Source: Desulfatiglandales bacterium (GTDB taxonomy: Bacteria > Desulfobacterota > DSM-4660 > Desulfatiglandales > HGW-15). From it: a stretch of DNA of 64,000 bases. The translations under genes and the position numbers were made by a program. Location of the stretch: positions 8,891 through 72,890 of the forward strand of contig JBMNCO010000132.1 in NCBI GenBank assembly GCA_049366815.1, written 5' to 3'. Of this stretch, positions 1-9,555 are shown piece by piece. A model generated the notes under the pieces. It was not told the DNA's origin, did no database searches, and saw only the letters and a list, made by a program, of their open reading frames with translations. The number at the start of each line of letters is the position of its first letter. Positions within the stretch are counted from its first letter, which is position 1.

Positions 1-431
1 CCTCAAACGATCCCAGGATCATTCACGGACTGCGGCATCACCTCGTCGACAAGATCGAAGGGCGTGCCAACGAGATGAGCTACTTTCGGGAGTTTTATCT
101 GGATGACGCCGAAACCGTCCTGATCTCCTACGGGTCCTCCGCTCGATCGGCCCTCCATGTGGTACAAAACCGAAGGGCCCGTGGTTACCGAATGGGGCTT
201 CTGGAGCTTCAAACCCTCTGGCCCTTTCCCGCGGATGTCGTCAGGGGATGCTGCCGGAATGCCAAATACGTAGTGGTCGTGGAAATGAATATGGGACAGA
301 TTGTCGAGGAGGTCAAAAAGGCCTTGGGTGACCAGGAAAAGGTCTTCCTGGCCAACCGGATCGACGGTGAATTTATCACTCCCACGGACATTCGAAACAT
401 CTTGCGCCTGATACAGGGAAAGGGGGTTTAG
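1..431 (+). CDS. korA: 2-oxoacid:ferredoxin oxidoreductase alpha subunit, C-terminal fragment (5' end outside window)
   Basis: Frame 3 is open from base 3 (..IHGLRHHLVDKIEGRANEMSYFREFYLDDAETVLISYGSSARSA..), so the ORF-track Met at 75 is internal. The sequence resembles the C-terminal domain of KorA/PorA-type subunits. The stop lies 4 nt before the beta-subunit gene. Confidence 0.8.
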   Translation, partial: SNDPRIIHGLRHHLVDKIEGRANEMSYFREFYLDDAETVLISYGSSARSALHVVQNRRARGYRMGLLELQTLWPFPADVVRGCCRNAKYVVVVEMNMGQIVEEVKKALGDQEKVFLANRIDGEFITPTDIRNILRLIQGKGV

Positions 432-434
432 AGG

Positions 435-1244
435 GTGGCCTCTTTCAGGTATTATCTGCGTGATCGGTTCATGCCCCACATCTGGTGTGCCGGATGCGGC
501 CACGGCATTGTACTGAACAATCTCATCCGCGCCGTGGACAACCTCGGTCTGAAAAAAAACGACATTGTGATGGTCACCGGTATCGGTTGCTCCTCGCGCA
601 TCTCCGGATACATGGATTTTCATACCCTTCACACCATACACGGAAGGGCCCTGGCCTTTGCATCAGGAGTAAAGCTGAGCCGTCCGGAACTGACGATCAT
701 CGTCCCCATGGGTGACGGCGACGCCGTGGCCATCGGGGGGAATCATTTCATTCACGCGGCCCGCCGCAACATGGATATCACGGCGATCATCATGAACAAC
801 AGCATCTACGGCATGACCGGGGGTCAGATCTCCCCCTTGTCCAAACGGAAAGACAAGGGAACGACGGCCCCCCATGGAAAGATCCATGACGCCTTTGACA
901 TCGTGAACCTTGCCAAGGGGGCAGGGGCATCCTTTGTGGCCCGCACCACGACCTACCACGTCACCTCCATGCGGAAAATTCTCGAAAAGGCCATTATGCA
1001 CAAGGGCTTTTCAGTGGTGGAAATTCTCACCCAGTGCCCGACCTATTATGGGAGAAAAAATAGACAGGGCGACGCCGTAGACATGTTGAGGGCCTACCGA
1101 GACGGTACCGCCTCCATAGGCTCTAAGAAAAAAGGAGAAAATCCCGAATTGATCGAAAGGGGGATATTCATCCAGGAGACCCGGCCGGAATACTGCGAAG
1201 AATATGAGAAAACAATCCGGCAGGCCCGGAAGGGACGGTCGTAG
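435..1244 (+). CDS. korB: 2-oxoacid:ferredoxin oxidoreductase beta subunit (TPP-binding)
   Basis: GTG start. The N-terminal WCAGCGHG motif and the GDGD..GGNH TPP-binding region are typical of KorB/PorB. Tightly packed between the alpha and gamma genes. Confidence 0.9.
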   Translation: MASFRYYLRDRFMPHIWCAGCGHGIVLNNLIRAVDNLGLKKNDIVMVTGIGCSSRISGYMDFHTLHTIHGRALAFASGVKLSRPELTIIVPMGDGDAVAIGGNHFIHAARRNMDITAIIMNNSIYGMTGGQISPLSKRKDKGTTAPHGKIHDAFDIVNLAKGAGASFVARTTTYHVTSMRKILEKAIMHKGFSVVEILTQCPTYYGRKNRQGDAVDMLRAYRDGTASIGSKKKGENPELIERGIFIQETRPEYCEEYEKTIRQARKGRS

Positions 1245-1246
1245 CC

Positions 1247-1789
1247 ATGGAAAGATGCCGCATTATCTTTTCAGGCTCCGGGGGCCAGGGGGTGATCACG
1301 GCCTCCATCGTTCTTGCGGAAGCCGCCGTGTTATACGAGGGCCTCAACGCCGTTCAGTCCCAGGCCTATGGTCCGGAGGCACGGGGTGGCGCCACCCGGG
1401 CGGACGTGATCATCGACGATGAGGAAATCCGTTATCCCAAAGTCAATCAGCCGAATGTGCTGATCTGCCTGACCCAGGAGGCATACAGCAAATTTTCAGG
1501 GATCATAAGACCCGGAGGCCTTCTCCTGATCGACGCCCATTTTGTAAAACCCCAACCAAAGATTGACGCACGCCAGGTCTCTCTGGAGATGTATAAGGCG
1601 ATCATGGACAAGATCGGAGAGCCTGTTGTCTATAATATATGCATGCTCGGCGCGCTGCTGGGCTTGATCCCTGTCGTCAAAACGGAATCCATCATAAAGG
1701 TTCTGGAGACCAAGATACCGCGCGAGTTTCTGCATATGAACCGTGAGGCCCTCGGGATCGGTCTTCGAATAGCCGCGGCTCACGGGTAG
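1247..1789 (+). CDS. korC: 2-oxoacid:ferredoxin oxidoreductase gamma subunit
   Basis: FSGSGGQGVITAS..AYGPEARGG motif typical of the POR/KOR gamma family. Starts 3 nt after the korB stop. Confidence 0.85.
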   Translation: MERCRIIFSGSGGQGVITASIVLAEAAVLYEGLNAVQSQAYGPEARGGATRADVIIDDEEIRYPKVNQPNVLICLTQEAYSKFSGIIRPGGLLLIDAHFVKPQPKIDARQVSLEMYKAIMDKIGEPVVYNICMLGALLGLIPVVKTESIIKVLETKIPREFLHMNREALGIGLRIAAAHG

Positions 1790-1886
1790 CGGTCTCTCGA
1801 CTTCTCTCGCTTGTATCACGCCTCAAACCCCGGCGTCTCTTATCGACGATGATCCCAATCATTCGTGATCAGAAATGGTTTATGTC

Positions 1887-3431
1887 CTACCTGTACTGCC
1901 GCGGATTAATCCCAAACTTTGTGACCTTGTAGCCGAAGATCCGTTCAGTGGTATCCAGGGCCAGCGCCGCCCTTCTCATATTCCCCCGGTGGCTTTTCAG
2001 GGCATCGATCAGCAGTTCCTTTTCAAACCTCTCAACGGCGTCCTTCAAGGACTGGGACTGATGGGTCCCCGTGTCCTCCGCCGTCTGCAGTGTGGGGGGA
2101 AGATGATAACTGTGAATCACCTGATCATCGCAGAGGAGAACCGCCCGCTCCATGCAGTTTTCCAACTCCCTGACGTTCCCAGGCCAGTGATACTGTACAA
2201 GGGCATCGATTGCAGGGGTGGAGATTCTCTTTATATCCTTTTGGTATTCCTTTGCGTATTTCTCCAAAAAATAATCTGAAAGAAGGAGAAGATCCGCTTC
2301 TCTTTCACGAAGTGGAGGCAGGTAAATGGGGTATACATTCAGCCGGTAAAACAGGTCCTCGCGGAACCCCCCCGTTTCCACCAAACCGGCCAGATCCTTA
2401 TTGGCCGCCGCGACGAGCCGCACATTGACTTTGGTGACTTTCGTTCCGCCAAGCCTTTCCAGTTCCCTCTCCTGCAGGACCCGCAGCAGTTTTCCCTGGC
2501 TTTCCAGGGCCAGGGAGCCGATTTCATCCAGGAAGATCGTCCCACCGTTGGCCCGCTCGAATTTCCCTTCTTTGGCACTGCTGGCTCCGGTGAAGGCACC
2601 CTTTTCATAGCCGAACAACTCGGCCTCCACCAGGTTTGCCGGAAGCGCTGCGCAATTGATCTTCACCAAGGGCATCTTCGCCCGCAGGCTGTTGTAATGG
2701 ATGGCATTGGCCACCAGTTCTTTACCCGTCCCGCTCTCTCCAAGGAGAAGAACGCTGGCATTGCTTTTAGCAACCTGTGTGATCAGGTGAAAGACCTCTT
2801 GCATCTTATGGCTGTTTCCGATGATATTGCTGAAGCTGTATTTTTGACCGAGTTCCTTCTTGAGCCGAAGATTTTCCTGATTGAGCAGTTCTTTCTCTCT
2901 CTTGATTTTCTCAAGCATACCCACCTTCTGGGCGATCAGGCTGCTTATGATCGTGAGGAACCTGACGTCTTCCTCCAGGCTGGATTCCCCCTCGAACAGA
3001 TGGTCCGCACTGAGGGCGCCGATCACCCTTCGACCATCTTTTATGGGTACGCAGATAAAGGACATCTTCGACTTTTTCAGTTTGCCCCTACTCCCGGTCC
3101 TGTCCAAGAATAGAGGCTCCGCATCGATATCCGGTACGGCCATGGGCCGTCCGGATTCAATGACCCTGCCCGTCACCCCCTCTCCGAGCTTGTAGCGGCC
3201 CTTTGTCCTTGCCGATGACGAAATGCCGTGAGCCAGCTCGATGTGAATTTCTGCAGTATTGGGGTCAAGAAGGGTTATGGAGCCGCGGTTCATTCCAATC
3301 TGCTGTGACAGCAGATCCAAGACCCCATAGAGGGCCTTTCTCAGGTCAAAGGTCCCATGAAGGGCCTTCGTGATTTCATAGAGACAAGTCATCTCATCCC
3401 GTTGGGATGTCGACCTGATTGAATCCGTCAT
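1887..3431 (-). CDS. sigma-54-dependent transcriptional activator with N-terminal GAF domain (NifA-like architecture)
   Basis: AAA+ core with Walker A GESGTGKE and the sigma-54 contact motif GAFTGA (EKGAFTGA). C-terminal Fis-type HTH and N-terminal GAF-like region. The preferred start is ATG 3431 (MTDSIRS), preceded by AAGGAGAG; the track start at 3614 has no RBS. Confidence 0.9.
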   Translation of the reverse strand: MTDSIRSTSQRDEMTCLYEITKALHGTFDLRKALYGVLDLLSQQIGMNRGSITLLDPNTAEIHIELAHGISSSARTKGRYKLGEGVTGRVIESGRPMAVPDIDAEPLFLDRTGSRGKLKKSKMSFICVPIKDGRRVIGALSADHLFEGESSLEEDVRFLTIISSLIAQKVGMLEKIKREKELLNQENLRLKKELGQKYSFSNIIGNSHKMQEVFHLITQVAKSNASVLLLGESGTGKELVANAIHYNSLRAKMPLVKINCAALPANLVEAELFGYEKGAFTGASSAKEGKFERANGGTIFLDEIGSLALESQGKLLRVLQERELERLGGTKVTKVNVRLVAAANKDLAGLVETGGFREDLFYRLNVYPIYLPPLREREADLLLLSDYFLEKYAKEYQKDIKRISTPAIDALVQYHWPGNVRELENCMERAVLLCDDQVIHSYHLPPTLQTAEDTGTHQSQSLKDAVERFEKELLIDALKSHRGNMRRAALALDTTERIFGYKVTKFGINPRQYR

Positions 3432-3785
3432 CTGTCTGTTCTCTCCTTTTGTTTCTCGCAATATTACAAAATTGTAGAACAACAGGCAAGATTTTTCAGG
3501 TGTGGACGGAAACATGAGGCGGGTTATGCAAGGCGCTGAGGAACCCCGGACCATGCCCGGAACGCGAATTTGTATGCGTTTGGCCGTTGGAAATAGCCCG
3601 GCAATTTGGGCCATGGGAGTCTCTTTTTAAAAACAGAGGCCCATAGTGACGGAAAATGGGAAGTTCGTTGAGATCTCTTTCTCTTGACAATCCGTCTCAT
3701 TTTCTTTAATGGTTCTCTTTCAAAAAAGATAGATCAAACATCCGCCCCAGAGTTCTTCTATAAGACCCCTTTTTTTATTCAAGAA

Positions 3786-4733
3786 ATGGAGTTTTTCATG
3801 ATCCAGGCCCAAAAGCTCACCAAATATTACGGCGACCTCCGCGCCGTAAATCAGATCGATTTTGAGATCCGAAAAGGAGAAATCCTGGGTCTTCTCGGGC
3901 CCAACGGTGCAGGAAAGACTACGGTACTCAGGATGATGACCGGTTACCTGAAACCCACTTCCGGGACCATTCTCGTCAAGGACTACGATATCCGCAGGCA
4001 CCCACTCGAGATCAAAAGGCTGATGGGATATCTGCCCGAATCCGCGCCCCTGTACGATGACATGCTCGTCTATGACTACCTGGACTATATTGCAGCCATC
4101 AGGCGGCTTGAAGGTGAGCGAAAGCTTGATCGGATACGGAAACTGACAGACATTTGCGGCCTCCGGGGGGTCATGCATCAACCCATCGACGAGCTGTCCA
4201 AAGGCTACAAACAACGGGTCGGGCTTGCACACGCCATGATGAGCGACCCGGAGATTCTTGTGCTGGATGAGCCGACTTCCGGTCTCGATCCCAACCAGAT
4301 TATCGAGATCCGGGAGATTATCAGACGCATCGGAAAGGAAAAGACGGTCATTCTTTCAACCCATATCCTCAATGAGGCCGAGGCCGCATGCGACCGTGTC
4401 CTCATCATCAACAGAGGCGATATCGTCGGCCAGGGCACCATGGACAGCCTAAAGCGGTCCGCAGGAAGCGACGACCGGATACATCTATCTCTTCAGGGCG
4501 CGCATTTCGATCAGGTCGAAAAAGAACTTGGGGCCTTGGAGGGCGTGATGCGGGTCCTGCATGACGGGGAAGATGAGCCCACCCTCGGCCTGACGCTGAT
4601 CTGCAGGTCCTCCGAGGACCTACGCGGCAAGATCTACCAAAGGATCAAGGCAACCGACTGGGTGCTCCTTGAATTTTACCGGAAGACCGAATCCCTCGAA
4701 AACATTTTTAGAGAACTCACCAAGGAGAACTGA
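3786..4733 (+). CDS. ABC transporter ATP-binding protein (ABC-2/GldA-like)
   Basis: Walker A GPNGAGKTT, signature LSKGYKQR and Walker B ILVLDEPTSGLD. The start is ambiguous (ATG 3786 or 3798); the track start at 3684 is unlikely. Confidence 0.9.
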   Translation: MEFFMIQAQKLTKYYGDLRAVNQIDFEIRKGEILGLLGPNGAGKTTVLRMMTGYLKPTSGTILVKDYDIRRHPLEIKRLMGYLPESAPLYDDMLVYDYLDYIAAIRRLEGERKLDRIRKLTDICGLRGVMHQPIDELSKGYKQRVGLAHAMMSDPEILVLDEPTSGLDPNQIIEIREIIRRIGKEKTVILSTHILNEAEAACDRVLIINRGDIVGQGTMDSLKRSAGSDDRIHLSLQGAHFDQVEKELGALEGVMRVLHDGEDEPTLGLTLICRSSEDLRGKIYQRIKATDWVLLEFYRKTESLENIFRELTKEN

Positions 4734-4734
4734 C

Positions 4735-5439
4735 ATGCAGCAGGCCGTAAAAATACTCACTAAAGAATTTAAGGGGTATTTCCTTTCCCCGACCGCATAT
4801 ATCCTGATCTCGATCTTTCTGCTGGTCACGGGATGGTTCTTCTTCGCCACATTCTTTCTTCTCAATCAGGCCAGCCTTCGTAATTTCTTTGACCTCCTTC
4901 CGTTCATCTTTTCTTTTGTGATCCCCGCCATCACCATGAAACTGTTTTCAGAGGAACTGAAGTCGGGGTCCTATGAAGTCCTGCTCACGCTGCCCATCAC
5001 CCTGATGGACGTGATCCTGGGGAAATTTCTGGCCGGCGTCGTCTTTGTAGCCGCCATGCTCCTTCCCACACTGGCCTATCCCATTTCCGTTTCATTTCTC
5101 GGGAACCTGGACTGGGGTCCGGTCTTGGGCGGCTATATCGGGGCAATCCTCCTCGGATCCGCATTTTCCGCCATAGGCCTCTGGGCCTCCTCACTCACCC
5201 GCAATCAGATCACCGCCTTCATCATCGCCATGGTCATCTGTTTTGCCCTGACCCTCATCGATAAAATGCTCTTTTTCCTTCCCCAATCCATGCTCGGCGT
5301 GCTCCAGTATATTGGCGCAGGCTTTCATTTTGAAAACATCTCAAAGGGGATACTGGATTCAAGGGATATACTCTATTTTCTTTCTGTGGTCTTCATAGCC
5401 CTCTACGGTGTGCATCTGGTCCTTCAGGAAAAAAAGTAA
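4735..5439 (+). CDS. ABC-2 type permease (GldF-like)
   Basis: Polytopic hydrophobic protein. ATG 4735 follows AAGGAGAA and the upstream stop at 4731-4733, which suggests translational coupling to the ATPase gene. Confidence 0.8.
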   Translation: MQQAVKILTKEFKGYFLSPTAYILISIFLLVTGWFFFATFFLLNQASLRNFFDLLPFIFSFVIPAITMKLFSEELKSGSYEVLLTLPITLMDVILGKFLAGVVFVAAMLLPTLAYPISVSFLGNLDWGPVLGGYIGAILLGSAFSAIGLWASSLTRNQITAFIIAMVICFALTLIDKMLFFLPQSMLGVLQYIGAGFHFENISKGILDSRDILYFLSVVFIALYGVHLVLQEKK

Positions 5440-5449
5440 GGAGTTCGAC

Positions 5450-7651
5450 ATGGGATTCATCAAAAGATCCGGCAAATACGCAAAATTCATCGTCTATATC
5501 GTCGCTGTCATCCTGATCAATGTCGCAGGGATGACACTGTTTTTCAGATGGGACCTCACGAGTAACAGGATGTATACCCTTTCCGAGGCCAGCAAAAACG
5601 CTGTAGCGACGCTTTCCGAACCCCTCACCATTCATGTCTTTTTCACCAAGAACCTGCCCGCCCCTCATAACGGGACCGAAAGATACCTCCGCGACCTGTT
5701 GGAGGAATACGCCATCCATGCCAACCGTTTTTTCAACTACAAGTTTTTCGACGTCAGCCCGGAGGAAGGAGATATCAGCGAGAAGGCGGGAGAAAATCAG
5801 CGACTGGCACGAAACTACGGCATCCATCCCTTGCAGATCCAGGTTATCGAAAAGGATGAAGTCAAGTTCCAGAAGGCCTATATGGGTCTGGTCATGATCC
5901 ATGGAGACCTTTTGGAGCGCCTCCCCTCCATGACCTCGACCGAGGGGCTGGAGTATGCCATCACGAGCGCGATCCAGAAGTTGAACAACAAGATCAGTGC
6001 CCTTTTGAGCCTCAACGAAAAGATAGACGTAAAGCTCTTTCTCTCCTCTTCCCTCACCGATGTGGCGCCCTATCTCGATATGAGGCAACTGGCGGATCTC
6101 GCCGACAGGGTCAAGGATCTCGTTGAAAAATTGAATAGGAAAAATTATGACAAGCTCCGATTTGACCGGATCGATCCCTCGAAAGAAGAAGGGCTGGAAG
6201 AGACCATCGAAAAATACAACATCCTGACGCTCAAATGGCCCCGGTCAGAGGGAAAATTCGAGGAGGGACGGGGTGCCATAGGCCTTGTCATGGAATACGG
6301 GAACAAATGGATCGATGTCCCTCTCATCAATGTCTTTCGAATTCCCCTCTTCGGCACCCGTTATGAAGTGGTGGAACCGGCAAGGCTGGAGGAAGCCCTC
6401 AACGCGAACCTGGAATCCCTGATCGACATCAACGAGGACCTGGGCTATCTTGCGGATCACGGGACCCCCGGCATCTCCCCCCCTTCACCCATGGCCCCCC
6501 AGGATCCCCAAGAAAATGAGACCTTGACCGTTTTCCCGGATCTCCTCTCAAGGGGTTACTCCCTTAAAGAGGTGCGGCTCCAGGAAACACCCCTCGGCAA
6601 TTTCAACTGCCTGATTATATCAGGGCCGAGGGAGCCCTTTTCGGAATACGAACTTTTTCAAATCGACCAATTCCTGATGCAGGGGAAAAGCCTCGCACTC
6701 TTTCTGGACCCCTTCAATGAAGTGCTCCCCCCCCAGCAGGCCATGGGTTTCGGCCGGATGCCCCAATACCTGCCCCTTGACACGGGCCTGGAGAAAGTCC
6801 TCGAACACTACGGCGTTCGTCTGAACAAGGCCTACGTCATGGACGAAAACTGCCTTGTACAACGGATCCCCTCATCACACGGCGGCGGCGAGACGCCTAT
6901 CTATTTCGCCCCCCTGATCAAAAACGAGTTTATTACCAAAGATCTCGCCTTTATGCGGGATATCAAAGAGATGTACGCACTGAAGGTCGCCCCCCTTGAA
7001 CTGGACAAAAAACGTCTCCAGGAAAACGGTCTGAAGGCCACGCCGCTCTTCTCCTCGTCCAAGAAATCCTGGGAGATGAGGGGTCGGATAAATTTGAATC
7101 CCATGTTGATTCAGCCGCCACCGGCTGAGGAATTCAAAGGCCGCATGCCCCTAGCCTGCCTTGTTGAAGGAGAATTCCCCAGCTATTTTGCGGGTAAACC
7201 CATTCCTGAAAAAGAGACCGAACAGGAGAGCACCCCTTCCGAATCAGAAGAAGTGGAGAAGAAGGCATCCCAGGGCGACGATGCTGCGGCTTATCTGAAA
7301 CAGTTAGAACGCGAAGGTGGGATTTTGACCAAGGGGAAGCCGGGGAAAATCATTATCATCGCCTCATCTGAGATGATGAAAGATCCACTGTTGGACCCCA
7401 ACGGGAGAAACCCGAATGCCATGTTCCTATTGAACATGGTGGATTACCTGAATAACCGGGAAGACATTGCAACGATGCGCAGCAAAGAGCTCCGGTTCAA
7501 TCCCCTCAATGAGACCGGAGCGGGGGTCAAGATCTTCGTGAAGTTTTTCAATATCGCAGGGCTCCCGATCCTGGTTTCCCTCTTCGGGCTGGGGATACTG
7601 CTCCGTCGCCACGCAAGAAAGAGGCGCATCCGAATGATGTTTTCCGATTGA
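5450..7651 (+). CDS. GldG-like auxiliary component of ABC-type transport system
   Basis: Has an N-terminal TM helix, then the LTSNRMYTLSEAS region typical of GldG-family proteins, a large soluble domain and a C-terminal TM anchor. Its position after the GldA/F-like genes fits the call. Confidence 0.75.
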   Translation: MGFIKRSGKYAKFIVYIVAVILINVAGMTLFFRWDLTSNRMYTLSEASKNAVATLSEPLTIHVFFTKNLPAPHNGTERYLRDLLEEYAIHANRFFNYKFFDVSPEEGDISEKAGENQRLARNYGIHPLQIQVIEKDEVKFQKAYMGLVMIHGDLLERLPSMTSTEGLEYAITSAIQKLNNKISALLSLNEKIDVKLFLSSSLTDVAPYLDMRQLADLADRVKDLVEKLNRKNYDKLRFDRIDPSKEEGLEETIEKYNILTLKWPRSEGKFEEGRGAIGLVMEYGNKWIDVPLINVFRIPLFGTRYEVVEPARLEEALNANLESLIDINEDLGYLADHGTPGISPPSPMAPQDPQENETLTVFPDLLSRGYSLKEVRLQETPLGNFNCLIISGPREPFSEYELFQIDQFLMQGKSLALFLDPFNEVLPPQQAMGFGRMPQYLPLDTGLEKVLEHYGVRLNKAYVMDENCLVQRIPSSHGGGETPIYFAPLIKNEFITKDLAFMRDIKEMYALKVAPLELDKKRLQENGLKATPLFSSSKKSWEMRGRINLNPMLIQPPPAEEFKGRMPLACLVEGEFPSYFAGKPIPEKETEQESTPSESEEVEKKASQGDDAAAYLKQLEREGGILTKGKPGKIIIIASSEMMKDPLLDPNGRNPNAMFLLNMVDYLNNREDIATMRSKELRFNPLNETGAGVKIFVKFFNIAGLPILVSLFGLGILLRRHARKRRIRMMFSD

Positions 7652-7663
7652 TGGAGGTCGGAC

Positions 7664-8668
7664 ATGAAGATAAAATTGGAATACATCGCCCTCGCAGCTG
7701 TGATAATGGCCGTCGCGCTCTATCTTTTCCTCCGGAGTCCCGACAGGACCCATTATGAATTGCCTCAACTGCCGCAGATCAGCACATCCGCCCTGTCCAG
7801 GATCCAAATCACGAAATCAGGCGCTGTCCTTTCACTCGTAAGAGAGGGGGAAGCCTGGAGCATCTTGCCCCGGCAGTACCCGGCCGACGGCGCTAAAGTA
7901 CACAGGATGGTTGATGCCCTGAAGGATATCACGCTGACCGCCCTTGTATCCGAATCCAGAGAATTTGATCGGTACGGCCTCACGGATGAACAAAAAATCA
8001 CCGTCAGGGCCTGGGAAGGCGAAAACGAGATCAGGCATGTGACCCTGGGCAAGGCCGCCCCCTCCTCCAGCCACACCTTCTTGCAGCCGGCGGGTGATCA
8101 TCGCGTCTATCACGCAAGGGGAAATTTGAAGCCCCTATTTGATCTCACTGAGGAGGACATGAGAGACCGGCAGGTCCTTTCCTTTTCAAAGAATGAGATC
8201 CATGAGATGGCCATCATCAAGGGTGACGAACACGTCCGATTCATCAAAAAACAGTCACCCACCGAGGGCACTGAACTAAAGGAAGGCCGAAAGGAAGCCG
8301 GTTCATCCGCCGGACTGGAGGCGGTTTGGGAAGGGCCCGAAGGGATGGACGTCGACATGTCCAAGCTGGACCGTCTTCTCTATCTCCTTGTCAATCTGCG
8401 CTGCGAGAAGTATCTCACCGCATTCAAAAAGGAGGAGCTTGACCATCCCGTTTATTCTCTACGCCTCAAAGGCACTGAAGAGTATGAACTCAACCTTTTT
8501 GAAAAGACAAACCCAGAGGACAGAAACCACCCCGCGACCAGTTCACAGAACGATTACGTGTTCATGCTCCAGGAATCTCAAATTCCTTCGATCATGATTG
8601 ATCCGGCCGACCTGCTGAAGGAGACACCAAAGCCGGAGGAACCGCACCAGGCATCGGGGAAAGAATAA
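7664..8668 (+). CDS. DUF4340-like protein, N-terminally anchored
   Basis: Single N-terminal TM helix. This is the usual fourth gene after GldG-like genes. The family assignment is from recollection of the synteny and general sequence character. Confidence 0.55.
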   Translation: MKIKLEYIALAAVIMAVALYLFLRSPDRTHYELPQLPQISTSALSRIQITKSGAVLSLVREGEAWSILPRQYPADGAKVHRMVDALKDITLTALVSESREFDRYGLTDEQKITVRAWEGENEIRHVTLGKAAPSSSHTFLQPAGDHRVYHARGNLKPLFDLTEEDMRDRQVLSFSKNEIHEMAIIKGDEHVRFIKKQSPTEGTELKEGRKEAGSSAGLEAVWEGPEGMDVDMSKLDRLLYLLVNLRCEKYLTAFKKEELDHPVYSLRLKGTEEYELNLFEKTNPEDRNHPATSSQNDYVFMLQESQIPSIMIDPADLLKETPKPEEPHQASGKE

Positions 8669-8681
8669 GGGACCCTTGCGC

Positions 8682-9176
8682 TCAGAAGGACTTCCCCACC
8701 CCCAGGCCGAAGAAGAATCTGGGTTGACGGCCCGTCTCTTCCACAGGCCAGAGATAGATTTCCCTTTTCTCAATCAGAGGATAGGTATATTCGATCTCAC
8801 CCAGCGGTCGGGTTTCTTGCCCGGTTATCGTTCCAACGATCGTTACCAGTCGTCCTGACCGATAGATTTCGGGATCAAGAAATCCCGGGGCCGACACGAT
8901 AAATCTCCCCAATGACACACTTTCGGGGTTCGGCTTGTCTCTTGTTCCCAACGTACGTTGCAGGACCAGGATCTCCGTCCTGCGGGAAAGGGGTTTTGTT
9001 TCGAGGATATCTCCCCCGAGGATAACGGATCTTTCCCGAAACGCCTTTGGATTTCTCACAATCGCATCGAAAACGATTTCCCTTTGAACGCCCTGCAAGG
9101 CCTCCTTGGAAATAACCGATGCGCACCCCGAGAGGAGCACGGAAATGACACCAAGCAGAATGATCCCTCGTCCCAT
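8682..9176 (-). CDS. slp: Slp-family outer membrane lipoprotein
   Basis: Lipobox LLSGC after a signal peptide. Slp/YeaY-like body (RSVILGGDILE..RFIV..GRLVTIVG). Confidence 0.7.
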   Translation of the reverse strand: MGRGIILLGVISVLLSGCASVISKEALQGVQREIVFDAIVRNPKAFRERSVILGGDILETKPLSRRTEILVLQRTLGTRDKPNPESVSLGRFIVSAPGFLDPEIYRSGRLVTIVGTITGQETRPLGEIEYTYPLIEKREIYLWPVEETGRQPRFFFGLGVGKSF

Positions 9177-9380
9177 TCCTTTTCTCCCGAGTCAAGGACG
9201 GTTTCATCGGGCCAATGACCCTTGGGTGGATCTGAATCATGGCATAGGCCCCTGAAGATATTTTTTCCCCGTTCAGATGAAGGCCGTTCCAGGCACCTCA
9301 TCGTTCCCCCATCGGTCATGCCGGGACCTGGAGCGCGGCCCTGTCCACGCCCCTTTCGGCAGAGGATATAACCTGTTGCC

Positions 9381-9530
9381 CATCCGGGAATGAGCATTCC
9401 CGGATTCGCGCCAACAGCCCTCAGCGATCAGGTATCAGCAAAGGCTATGCTAAGACAAGGCATGAGGCTGAGCGCTGAATGCCGACAGCGGACCGCACCA
9501 TCCAGAAATCATGTATTTCCGGATGGAAAC
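9381..9530. repeat. Intergenic repeat family A, copy 1 (hairpin-capped, with TCAGCNA heptamers)
   Basis: Near-identical to 48911..49081 and partly to 36190..36326. The 5' hairpin is CCGGGAATG/CATTCCCGG. There are three TCAGCNA-like heptamers and an internal hairpin GGCATgaggctgagcgctgaATGCC. The 3' hairpin is CCATCCAGAAAT/ATTTCCGGATGG. Confidence 0.85.
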
Positions 9531-9555
9531 GACCTAACACCCGGAGCCAACCGAA

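Noticed and set aside
3432-3614. Track-proposed upstream starts for several genes: 3614 for the sigma-54 activator, 3684 for the ABC ATPase, 13421 for the 2Fe-2S subunit, 25623 for hisA, 27588 for the radical SAM gene, 43161 and 45126 for synthase pair 2, and 57359 for LysR paralog 2
   Set aside because: In each case an internal ATG with a clear Shine-Dalgarno sequence coincides with the start of family homology. The upstream extension lacks an RBS or overlaps the preceding gene.
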